A DNA stretch of 46,819 nucleotides from a virus (taxonomy: Duplodnaviria > Caudoviricetes). The DNA is taken from the IMG/VR virus record IMGVR_UViG_3300049172_000218, positions 1 to 46,819 of that record. One strand, given 5' to 3'. Of this stretch, positions 8,317-16,035 are shown piece by piece. The notes below the pieces were generated by a model that was not told where the DNA came from, ran no database searches, and saw nothing but the letters and a program-made list of their open reading frames with translations. A program made the position numbers and the translations under genes. Every line of letters begins with the position of its first letter. Positions within the stretch are counted from its first letter, which is position 1.

Positions 8317-8949
8317 ATGACGAATTGGAACAGAGACGAACTAGAACAAAAACTGGCTGAAACCAGATCGATGACAGAAACAGCCAAGCATTACAACGTC
8401 ACCAAAGAGCGAATCCGCCAGGTTGCTCATCGTGATATTGGCCGAGAGCGCCTTATTGAGCTTGGCGTCACTATCAAACACGCCTATACCGACTGTCGGG
8501 TCTGTCATCGGTCACTCGACAAATTCAAAGGATCGAAAGGTCGTTGTGCTCGCTGCTACGAGTTCTACCGGGCCCACGGCGTTGAGCGAACCGATGAGCT
8601 TGTGCGCCAGCACATCCTCGAATCTCGAACCGGCCTTCCCCACTCAGTTCCGTGGACTCATTGCAGTCGGGGCCATGAGATGAGTGGAGACAACCTCTAC
8701 GTCAGTCCTAAAGGCGATCGACAGTGTGTTGCCTGTCAACGAATACGGCGGGCGCATTATATGAAGGATCCTCAGCATGTTGAGCGTCAGCGGGAGGCCG
8801 TGCGCAGATATCAATCGAGAAATCGCAACCGGATTCGAGAAGTGCAACGCCACCGCTACGCCACTGATCCCGAGTTTAAAGCGCGAATGAAGGCGCATGA
8901 TCGAAAGCGACGAGAGAAAGATCGCCAGGCTAATGGAGCGGGAGCCTGA
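8317..8949 (+). CDS. DNA-binding protein: sigma70-region-4-like HTH, two Zn motifs and basic tail
   Basis: ETAKHYNVTKERIRQV; CRVC...CARC; THCSRGHEMSGDNLY...RQCVAC; start refined to ATG 8317. Confidence 0.7.
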   Translation: MTNWNRDELEQKLAETRSMTETAKHYNVTKERIRQVAHRDIGRERLIELGVTIKHAYTDCRVCHRSLDKFKGSKGRCARCYEFYRAHGVERTDELVRQHILESRTGLPHSVPWTHCSRGHEMSGDNLYVSPKGDRQCVACQRIRRAHYMKDPQHVERQREAVRRYQSRNRNRIREVQRHRYATDPEFKARMKAHDRKRREKDRQANGAGA

Positions 8950-8974
8950 ATCAATCCCCTCCACCCCTACTACC

Positions 8975-9559
8975 ATGACTGACGCCTATCCATTGGCGTG
9001 GCCTGCAGGTTGGCCACGTACTGAAAATCCAAAACGCTCCGCTTTCCAAACCCCTGGCGGGAAAGCCATCAATAATCTCCTAATGCAACTCAATCGAATG
9101 GGCGCAACCAATATCGTCATCTCTTCGAATGTGATGCTACGCCGTGACGGTTTGCCCTATGCCAACCAACGTCGTCCTGAAGATTCCGGGGTCGCAGTGT
9201 ATTTCACCCTAAAAGGACTACAGCAGTGCATCCCGTGCGATCGGTGGAACTCAGTCGACGACAACATCCACGCTATTGGCTTGACGGTTGAAGCACTTCG
9301 AGGGTTGGAACGGTGGGGCGCCAAAGAGATGGTAGACGCGGCCTTTCAAGGCTTCAGAGCGCTTCCAGCACCATCTACGGAGTCACTCAGTAGCGGATGG
9401 TGGACTGTTCTTGGCATAAGCCCAACCGCTTCAAGGTCGGAGATTGAATCTGCCTATCGACTCTTGGTGAAGAAGCATCATCCCGATATGGGCGGTGACC
9501 CGGAACTTTTCAAGCGTTTGAATGCTGCCTATCAATCAGGGCTTGACGCCACAGCTTAA
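8975..9559 (+). CDS. Phage protein with C-terminal DnaJ (J) domain
   Basis: WWTVLGI...AYRLLVKKHHPDMGGDPELFKRLNAAY (HPD motif); N-terminus AYPLAWPAGWPRT typical of this phage family. Confidence 0.85.
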   Translation: MTDAYPLAWPAGWPRTENPKRSAFQTPGGKAINNLLMQLNRMGATNIVISSNVMLRRDGLPYANQRRPEDSGVAVYFTLKGLQQCIPCDRWNSVDDNIHAIGLTVEALRGLERWGAKEMVDAAFQGFRALPAPSTESLSSGWWTVLGISPTASRSEIESAYRLLVKKHHPDMGGDPELFKRLNAAYQSGLDATA

Positions 9560-9625
9560 CCCCTTGCCGGCCTGAAGGAGCGCCCAACCTTGGACGCTGC
9601 AAAGGCTCAGGCAAGGAAAGACACA

Positions 9626-10453
9626 ATGGGAAAGGTAGAGCGGGCAGAGTTACTCACGTCGCAGATCGATGAAGCCTTGGAGGATCTGGAATACCAACTC
9701 TCACAAGGCCACACGCAAGAGTTTCTGGACATCCTCGACTACTACGCCAAGCACTTCCACGCCTACTCCATCACCAACCTGATGCTCATCCGCGCCCAGA
9801 AGCCGACAGCCACCAGATGTGCCGGGTACAAGCAATGGGAGAAGCTCGGATGCCAGGTCAGGCAGGGTGAGAAGGCGATTTACGTTCGCGCCCCGTGGCT
9901 TCGTAAGGAAGTGGACCAGGAGACCGGTGAAAAGACCGAGAAGCTCATAGGCTACCTCGCGGTTCCAGTGTTCGACGCCTCACAGGTCGATGGAACCGAC
10001 AAGCTCCCCTCCCCCAGACATCCGCTAGAGGGCGACTTCGTACCGCTGTACATGATGGCCCAGCTGGCCACCATCGGGGCGGGAATTGCCTTTGAGGAAT
10101 GTCAGCTGCCCTTCGGGGTGCATGGACTCTCATCCGGTAGGCGGATAGCCATATCCAGCACCCTGTCCACGGCCGAGAAGTTCGTCACCCTGTTGCACGA
10201 GGCTTGTCACGAGGTTCTCCATAAGGGAGAAGACCGGGTGAAGCTCTCACAACGGGAGTTAGAGGCCGAGTCTGCCAGCTACTGCCTCGCCAGGTACTTC
10301 GGGACTGACAATCCCTTCAGCAGGGACTACATCCTGAACTACCGAGGAACGGTCGAAGGGCTGCAAGCCAGCTTCTCCCGCATCCACAGAGCGGTGAAGG
10401 AAATCGTCTCCTGGTTCGAGCTAGAGGAAGAACCGGCCATCGCCGCCGACTAA
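9626..10453 (+). CDS. ardC: ArdC-like ssDNA-binding/antirestriction protein with zincin (HExxH) domain
   Basis: FHAYSITNLMLIRAQKP...AGYKQWEKLGCQVRQGEKAI, VFDASQV, HEACHE, ELEAESASY. Confidence 0.88.
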   Translation: MGKVERAELLTSQIDEALEDLEYQLSQGHTQEFLDILDYYAKHFHAYSITNLMLIRAQKPTATRCAGYKQWEKLGCQVRQGEKAIYVRAPWLRKEVDQETGEKTEKLIGYLAVPVFDASQVDGTDKLPSPRHPLEGDFVPLYMMAQLATIGAGIAFEECQLPFGVHGLSSGRRIAISSTLSTAEKFVTLLHEACHEVLHKGEDRVKLSQRELEAESASYCLARYFGTDNPFSRDYILNYRGTVEGLQASFSRIHRAVKEIVSWFELEEEPAIAAD

Positions 10454-10539
10454 TGCCCACCAGGCAATAGAGGGTAGAGACTCAAAACTCTACTCTCAAC
10501 CTATCTGCACTTCGGCAGAGAACCAAAAAGGAGTCAGCA

Positions 10540-10908
10540 GTGCAAGGCTACTATATGTACATCGTGGACCTGAAGGGCGTACCGTATGAGCCGATCTGGT
10601 ACTACCTGGCCACCACAGAATGGTTTGAGGAATCCAAGCCGTTCCGCAAGATGAGGAAGCGGATGCTCAAGACCCCAGGCGGGGGCTACATGGTGGAAGT
10701 CACCACCATCCCCCCGACGGACTTCGTCAATGATGTGGGAGACGAGGTCTTCTACCAGCTGTTCGCCGGGAGGACTCGCAAGGGGCAGATGCTCCGGGTC
10801 ACCCACGACGACCAGCGCCCTAATATGGTTCGATTCTTCGTCTACACGGTGCCCGTGGAGGAAGGGGGACTAAAAATCGCGGACCCCAACGAAGTCGAGA
10901 TGACCTGA
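10540..10908 (+). CDS. Hypothetical protein
   Basis: AAGGAG RBS before GTG; followed by terminator. Confidence 0.65.
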   Translation: MQGYYMYIVDLKGVPYEPIWYYLATTEWFEESKPFRKMRKRMLKTPGGGYMVEVTTIPPTDFVNDVGDEVFYQLFAGRTRKGQMLRVTHDDQRPNMVRFFVYTVPVEEGGLKIADPNEVEMT

Positions 10909-10934
10909 GAACCTAGAGAGACATACCACACTAT

Positions 10935-10963
10935 AAAGGGGGCTTCGGCCCTCTTTTTATTTT
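10935..10963 (+). terminator. Intrinsic terminator
   Basis: AAAGGGGGC-TTCG-GCCCTCTTT followed by T tract. Confidence 0.85.
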
Positions 10964-10990
10964 GCCCGTGATGACGGTAAAAACATCCCC

Positions 10991-11019
10991 TTTACATATG
11001 AGATAAATCTCAGTATTAT
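10991..11019 (+). promoter_or_regulatory. Sigma70-type promoter with palindromic operator in the spacer; probably leaderless
   Basis: TTTACA-17 nt-TATTAT; spacer contains TGAGAT-AA-ATCTCA (10999-11012); ATG 6 nt after the -10. Confidence 0.75.
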
Positions 11020-11025
11020 GTATAC

Positions 11026-11451
11026 ATGGAAAAGAAAGTAAAGCTCAACACAGTTCGGTGCAAGCAATGTGGCCACCAATGGCCTCCTAGAGCTCGATTT
11101 GTTGACCGGTGTGCTAACCGTAAGTGTCAGAGTAAGAGGTGGAATCAACCTAAGGAGGAAACAATGATTGAAGTATATATGTGGGAGTATCCGGTAGGTG
11201 ATGAAATTGAGCGATGTTTTCAGAAGGTCGACAAGAGCGACCCAGACCAAAATCCATTCCTAGATGATGAGACTTCTAACCCTACGGATATTGTGATGAT
11301 GTCAGAAAGCCTTTACCAAGCATATGTCAACGCAGCTATGACAAAGTCAGCCCTAGAGGAATCCATGTTGGCTGAGGGTAAACGTTGGAAATCTCTCACT
11401 GACAGGACCTATTCAGAGATGTCCGCTGCCGCAGAGGAGGCCAATGAATAA
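11026..11451 (+). CDS. Zn-ribbon protein fused in frame to an acidic domain (second start at 11164)
   Basis: CKQCGHQWPPR...CANRKC...W; AAGGAGG RBS before in-frame ATG 11164. Confidence 0.65.
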   Translation: MEKKVKLNTVRCKQCGHQWPPRARFVDRCANRKCQSKRWNQPKEETMIEVYMWEYPVGDEIERCFQKVDKSDPDQNPFLDDETSNPTDIVMMSESLYQAYVNAAMTKSALEESMLAEGKRWKSLTDRTYSEMSAAAEEANE

Positions 11452-11698
11452 CTTTACACCCAAACAAAACGGTCAGACGATTGACGAGATTGTCGACTAC
11501 TTGCTGGCGGTTGATGTAGCAAAGATTGACCCACGACCTATAGCCAAGCAAGCTATCAAAGTCTATTGTACTGAACGTGAACGAGACATACTTATATGGG
11601 CAACAGGGGGAATCAAGGAGTTCACCGCCGAGGGCAAGATTGCCATTCCCGCGAAGATATCTGAACTCCAGAAGAAATCCAGCAGTCAGGAGGTTTAG
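11444..11698 (+). CDS. Hypothetical protein
   Basis: GAGGAGG RBS; overlaps upstream stop. Confidence 0.65.
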   Translation: MNNFTPKQNGQTIDEIVDYLLAVDVAKIDPRPIAKQAIKVYCTERERDILIWATGGIKEFTAEGKIAIPAKISELQKKSSSQEV

Positions 11699-11699
11699 G

Positions 11700-11903
11700 A
11701 TGACTAGAGATATGATGTTGGACTCAAGACTAAATATAACCGTAGGAAAGTTACAAACAATCCGAACTCAATTCGAGAGATTTGATGCTCGAATACCTGC
11801 AATAGCCAAGCGATATAACCTAAATCCGTTACTCGTGAAGTCGATCAAAGAGTACAAAGTTTGGCCTGATGTCCTGCCGATTGGATATGAGGAGGCCAAA
11901 TGA
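11700..11903 (+). CDS. Small HTH-like protein
   Basis: GGAGG RBS; IPAIAKRYNLNPLLVKSIKEYKVW resembles a small HTH ending in W. Confidence 0.55.
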   Translation: MTRDMMLDSRLNITVGKLQTIRTQFERFDARIPAIAKRYNLNPLLVKSIKEYKVWPDVLPIGYEEAK

Positions 11904-12019
11904 TCCGCTTCTTCCTCCACCCCATCTGCCTATTCCTCGGCCACAACCCCCTTCCAATGGTGGACTGTGAGGGTGAAGTCTTTGGCAAGGCGTGTGGGCG
12001 ATGTGGGGTGAGAGTATGA
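11900..12019 (+). CDS. 39-aa Cys/His peptide (C-x3-GH...CxRCG phage motif)
   Basis: GAGGAGG RBS, ATGA coupling; MIRFFLHPICLFLGHNPLPMVDCEGEVFGKACGRCGVRV. Confidence 0.55.
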   Translation: MIRFFLHPICLFLGHNPLPMVDCEGEVFGKACGRCGVRV

Positions 12020-12123
12020 CGAATTACGACCGCTCTCCAATCAGCAACGGTAAGCCCTCACTCGCAGCCTGGGTACTACTGCTAGGCATCCTCCTTCTAA
12101 GCGTTTCGATATGGATTAGCTGA
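12016..12123 (+). CDS. 35-aa single-TM peptide
   Basis: ATGA coupling; MTNYDRSPISNGKPSLAAWVLLLGILLLSVSIWIS. Confidence 0.5.
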   Translation: MTNYDRSPISNGKPSLAAWVLLLGILLLSVSIWIS

Positions 12124-12169
12124 TTCATCCCAGCTCTGTGCATAGGGGCAGTGTGCACAGGGTTGAGAC

Positions 12170-12281
12170 GAGCCAGTTAGCTCAAGGTAGAGTTCTGAAC
12201 GGTAGACGACAGAGTGTAAATCCGTGAATAGCGGTCTCTCGCTGTATTCAGAGGACGCAGGTTCAAATCCTGCCCTGGCTC
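12170..12281 (+). tRNA. tRNA-like gene with about 40 nt of extra sequence in the anticodon loop; identity undetermined
   Basis: Acceptor (G)AGCCAG/CTGGCT(C); TA-GCTC-AAGGTA-GAGT D arm; CTGAA/TTCAG anticodon stem enclosing 47 nt; AGGAC variable loop; GCAGG-TTCAAAT-CCTGC T arm; no encoded CCA. Confidence 0.7.
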
Positions 12282-12283
12282 GA

Positions 12284-12390
12284 TAAGTGTTTGAGTTTTC
12301 GGTCGCGCACCAGTTGGCAGCAGAATACTAGTCAGCTGTCGGACTAGATCTGGTGCGCCACTGAGGGCTCAACCCCTCTAAGCACCTTAC
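12284..12390 (+). ncRNA. Candidate structured RNA downstream of the tRNA-like gene
   Basis: TTGAGTTTTCGGT/ACTGAGGGCTCAA (13 bp, G-U rich) stacked on GCGCACCAG/CTGGTGCGC. Confidence 0.45.
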
Positions 12391-12461
12391 CAACCACAAC
12401 CCAATGCCCGCTGGGCAATATCCAATCCGCTTGGTTCATTCCAAGCTAGGAAGGCATCACC

Positions 12462-12686
12462 GTGTCCACGATTCGCTACATGGGGAAAGGCAAAGACTCG
12501 GATGGCTTCGCAGTTGAAGTGCTTGAAGACTCAATCACCGGCCAGCAGTACCTCGCCTACTCCCCCGAAACATATCAGGAACGAGTGGCGTATTACCGAA
12601 CTTTGGCGCAAGAGAGACCAAGGCCAGGACACTCGCTTCTGGAACTACCCCAGGCCACGACCGGAGAGACACTCCGAGGTCAGTAA
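12462..12686 (+). CDS. Hypothetical protein
   Basis: AGGAAGG RBS before GTG. Confidence 0.55.
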   Translation: MSTIRYMGKGKDSDGFAVEVLEDSITGQQYLAYSPETYQERVAYYRTLAQERPRPGHSLLELPQATTGETLRGQ

Positions 12687-12781
12687 CCGCGCGGCTGACT
12701 GAGTAGTCGCCAGTCCGGCATGGAAGGGGAGCCGTCTACTGCGTTCAGTGCGGCCCTGAATCCATCCAAGGAGAATACCAA

Positions 12782-13162
12782 GTGAACGACACCGAGCGAG
12801 TTCTTGAACTACTCAGGCGTGCTGTGGCTATCCTGGAGGATGAGATTGAGGAGCGGCCGGCCAAGCCTCTGACGATCCAACCCTCAGATGATGAGGTATT
12901 GCTAGAAGGCGTGGTTGGAAAATGCACCCTTCGGCAAGTTGGAGAAGGTGCTATACCCGTCTACAACGGTTCGATGAAGGTCAGAACACCGGAAGGCCAG
13001 GAACGATGGGTCGAGCTCACCGCCTGGCGTAAGGTGGCGCTGTGGGCAGAGAAGAACCTCGCAGAAGGGGAAGTGGTACAAGCGGTTGGACGGTGGGAAA
13101 CCAACCATTACAACGGAGAAGACAGACCATACTTCAGTGTCCGGCTATTCAGTTCGGCCTGA
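12782..13162 (+). CDS. ssb: Single-stranded DNA-binding (OB-fold) protein lacking an acidic tail
   Basis: VLLEGVVGK...ERWVELTAWRKVALWAEKNLAEGEVVQAVGRWETNHYNGEDR; AAGGAG RBS. Confidence 0.78.
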   Translation: MNDTERVLELLRRAVAILEDEIEERPAKPLTIQPSDDEVLLEGVVGKCTLRQVGEGAIPVYNGSMKVRTPEGQERWVELTAWRKVALWAEKNLAEGEVVQAVGRWETNHYNGEDRPYFSVRLFSSA

Positions 13163-13175
13163 TATAGGCGAGTTC

Positions 13176-13207
13176 AGGGGATCTGTCAAACGACGGTCCC
13201 CTTTTTC
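13176..13207 (+). terminator. Intrinsic terminator
   Basis: AGGGGATCTGTC-AAAC-GACGGTCCCCT followed by TTTT. Confidence 0.8.
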
Positions 13208-13258
13208 ATAGGTATACTTGTTGATAGTGCCGCGATTTAGATATCAGAGGATGGATTA

Positions 13259-13504
13259 ATGCCCAAGTTTGAAGTCATCAAAGCCTCCGAGGCCCCGGGT
13301 ATTGCCAGGAAGCAATCACCGATAGCTCACGAGTTGCTCGCAGCGCTCAGCAGCCTCAAGAAGGACGAAGTGTTGAAGCTGTCGCCCGATGAGGGAAAAT
13401 CAGTTCGGGGAGTCAAGACTAGTGTCGGCCGTATTGCCGCCAATGCTGGTGTCAAGATTACTTCTTGGGATGACGGCCAAGCGGTTTACGTCTCCAAGGG
13501 TTAG
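13259..13504 (+). CDS. Small basic hypothetical protein (possible DNA binder)
   Basis: GAGG RBS; standalone unit between two terminators. Confidence 0.7.
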   Translation: MPKFEVIKASEAPGIARKQSPIAHELLAALSSLKKDEVLKLSPDEGKSVRGVKTSVGRIAANAGVKITSWDDGQAVYVSKG

Positions 13505-13520
13505 TCTCGGCACCAAACTG

Positions 13521-13556
13521 AAAGAGGGCCCTGCATTGTGCAGCGCCCTCTTTTTC
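13521..13556 (+). terminator. Intrinsic terminator
   Basis: AAAGAGGGC-CCTGCA-TTG-TGCAGC-GCCCTCTTT followed by T tract. Confidence 0.75.
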
Positions 13557-13570
13557 TCTATGCTGGAAGA

Positions 13571-13981
13571 GTGGAAACATTCTTAATCGCTATTTTGATC
13601 CTCGCCATTGTGTATTTGGTGGTCGCGCTCCGGTTTGCCACAAAGAAGAATGCTCATCTCCAAGAGGTCATCACTCGGGCCAGGAGAGGCTATAACCGCC
13701 ACTTGCGCTCTTACTATTGGAAGGTGGTATCGGAACTCTCTAAACGGCGCGACAGATACACCTGTCGTATTTGCGGGCGCAAACGCCCGCATGTTCAGTT
13801 GCAGAGTCACCATCCGAAGAACTACGACGAGGTGCTCTACGACGAGAAGCCCGAAGATCTGACGACGCTGTGCGCTGAATGTCATCACGCGATCACCGTA
13901 ATGCTCCGGCTACGCAGGCTAGGCATTCGCTTTGATCAGGCTATTTTGCCTCAGTATCAGATCGAGTCTTCCATCAACTGA
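13571..13981 (+). CDS. HNH endonuclease with N-terminal transmembrane anchor
   Basis: TFLIAILILAIVYLVVAL TM; RRDRYTCRICG...LQSHH...EDLTTLCAECHH. Confidence 0.8.
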   Translation: METFLIAILILAIVYLVVALRFATKKNAHLQEVITRARRGYNRHLRSYYWKVVSELSKRRDRYTCRICGRKRPHVQLQSHHPKNYDEVLYDEKPEDLTTLCAECHHAITVMLRLRRLGIRFDQAILPQYQIESSIN

Positions 13982-14054
13982 TAGGCGCCCTTTGCCCTTC
14001 CCCAGTGGTGATCACCCGCGGTCATCACTGGCAGAGAGACAAAGGAGGTAGCCG

Positions 14055-14378
14055 GTGGAATCGGTCCTTCCGTTTGATGGAGAAATCATCGCTGAGAACA
14101 TTGGAATTCCAGGCCGGGCCAGGAATGATGGATCGTATGAAGTCATATTTCCTAACCGAAACCTCGATGTGCGACTGGTGCTGCACCTTCGTTCAAATTC
14201 CAAGTCAGTCAGCTTGTTCGTCGACCGTGGCAAGCGCCGTCGCTTCATCGGCGGAGTGGCGCTGAGGACAATCGATCAAGTAGCTGTGTGCCGAGACACC
14301 AAACAATTGACCTTCAGGTCGGCGGCCACCGACACTACTCTGACGATTTGGGCAGATGGCCGATTTGACTTGAGATAG
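14055..14378 (+). CDS. Hypothetical protein
   Basis: AAGGAGGT RBS before GTG. Confidence 0.65.
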   Translation: MESVLPFDGEIIAENIGIPGRARNDGSYEVIFPNRNLDVRLVLHLRSNSKSVSLFVDRGKRRRFIGGVALRTIDQVAVCRDTKQLTFRSAATDTTLTIWADGRFDLR

Positions 14379-14445
14379 CAGAAATTGGGGCGGGGAGTTT
14401 TCCCCGCCCGTATCATCACCTATACTATGGACAGAGTGAACGTAT

Positions 14446-14459
14446 AGAACAAGAGTTCG
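14446..14459 (+). promoter_or_regulatory. Candidate LexA (GAAC-N4-GTTC) box upstream of the MTase
   Basis: AGAACAAGAGTTCG, downstream of TATACT (14421-14426) and just upstream of the start codon. Confidence 0.5.
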
Positions 14460-14466
14460 GAGATGT

Positions 14467-15294
14467 TTGCAACCTATGGCCTCATCCATCGAAACGTCGA
14501 TTCAACCAATTGCCCAGATAGGCCATGGTGCCCTCTACAACGCCGACTGTCTTGACGTACTACCCACTATCGAGAGCGAGTCGGTGGACTTGGTCTTTGC
14601 AGATCCTCCTTTCAACCTTGATAAAAATTACGGGGCTCACTTTCGGGACAAGATCTCCGAAGCAGACTATCTGGACTGGTGCTACCAGTGGCTAGATGAA
14701 TGTATCCGCATCTTGAGCCCGGGAGGCGCACTATTCGTCTACAACCTTCCCAAGTGGAATGTGCTACTGGGCGCGCACATACAGAAACAGTTGGAGTTCC
14801 GGCACTGGATCGCAGTGGATATCAAGCTCTCCCTGCCGATCCCTGGCCGACTCTATCCCTCCCACTATTCGCTCCTCTACTACACCAAGGGCAAGCCACG
14901 AGCATTTACCCGGCCGCGGGTCCCCATTCCCGTCTGCCGTCATTGTGGTGGAGAGATCAAGGATTATGGCGGGCATCGCAACAAGCTCAACCCAGAGGGT
15001 CTTAATCTCACCGACGTTTGGACTGACATCCCTCCAGTCCGCCATCGATCCACCAAGAATCGCGGAGCCAATGAGCTTTCAATTAAGTTGCTCAACCGGG
15101 TCGTAGAGATTGCCTCAAACCCGGGCGACACGATCCTCGACCCATTCGGCGGCGGTGGTTCGACGTTCGAAGCCGCAGAGCGTGGACATCGATCCTGGAT
15201 TGGTATTGAATTGGGCGACTGTCAACCAATCATTGATCGTCTGACACGAGTGGCCTCTGAACCAGTGCCCACCCGTCTGTTCCCTTTGGAATAA
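14467..15294 (+). CDS. Beta-class amino (N4-C/N6-A) DNA methyltransferase, M.BamHI-like
   Basis: VDLVFADPPFN precedes ILDPFGGGGST (beta order); LYPSHYSLLYYTKG. Confidence 0.93.
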   Translation: MQPMASSIETSIQPIAQIGHGALYNADCLDVLPTIESESVDLVFADPPFNLDKNYGAHFRDKISEADYLDWCYQWLDECIRILSPGGALFVYNLPKWNVLLGAHIQKQLEFRHWIAVDIKLSLPIPGRLYPSHYSLLYYTKGKPRAFTRPRVPIPVCRHCGGEIKDYGGHRNKLNPEGLNLTDVWTDIPPVRHRSTKNRGANELSIKLLNRVVEIASNPGDTILDPFGGGGSTFEAAERGHRSWIGIELGDCQPIIDRLTRVASEPVPTRLFPLE

Positions 15295-15838
15295 AAGGGA
15301 CAGACAGATCGACAGAATCATGTTCCACTTCAATCACATGAAAGAGGTGATTGGGTAAAGGGAGATAGCTGTACAATTCAAAGAACCTCTCCACCTCTTG
15401 AAAGTTGCCAATCCGATCCGTGAGATACCGATACAACGCCCTGGACGGCAGCACCAATACGCCAGCCACGATGGTGCCGTGGATTAAGCCGAGCGACAGT
15501 CGATTTAGGGAACGATAGCTGGATGTGACGTTTCCAGTCTCCCACTCGACTCCGAATGTGCCTATGGCTGTCTCCAATGAAGCGTCCACCCTCCCCAGTT
15601 TGCCCGGGAATTCCACCTCCATTTTCCAGCCGTATCGATTGAGCGTTTCAACGAAGGCGTGCTTGATAGGCACCACTCCATTGCCCGTTTTGACTGGGTT
15701 TATACGAAAGTCGGAGGCGTCGGGGGGCCATACTATCGCCCCGATAGCTTCATAAATTTGATCTTGAGCTCGCTGCCATTCTGAAGATTCCGATATCGAT
15801 GAGGCATCCTGGATCTTCTCAGTACGCAGTCGCTTCAT
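15230..15838 (-). CDS. BamHI-like type II restriction endonuclease
   Basis: NGVVPIK, GRVDA, VEWETGNVTSSYRSLNRL, YLTDRIGNFQE resemble R.BamHI motifs; convergent and overlapping with the MTase. Confidence 0.88.
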   Translation of the reverse strand: MKRLRTEKIQDASSISESSEWQRAQDQIYEAIGAIVWPPDASDFRINPVKTGNGVVPIKHAFVETLNRYGWKMEVEFPGKLGRVDASLETAIGTFGVEWETGNVTSSYRSLNRLSLGLIHGTIVAGVLVLPSRALYRYLTDRIGNFQEVERFFELYSYLPLPNHLFHVIEVEHDSVDLSVPFIPKGTDGWALVQRPLVSDDQ

Positions 15839-16035
15839 TGGGCCATTCCAGCCTTCTATTCAGAGTCGGCCATTCCGGCCGACTATTCGAAGGATTCAGC
15901 TCGCTCGCCCGCTCTCAAAGTCAATTATCTACCACCGTACCAGGATGTGGATCGCCGCAGACGAGCCTGTATACCGCTTCGAGGAACTCATCAGTCAGAT
16001 TCGATCGACTATGTATGCAAAGTACACCCACCTCG

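Noticed and set aside
12316-12347. H-type pseudoknot in the apex of the downstream RNA rod
   Set aside because: The connecting loop would be only 1 nt across a 6-bp stem, so mutually exclusive pairings are more plausible.
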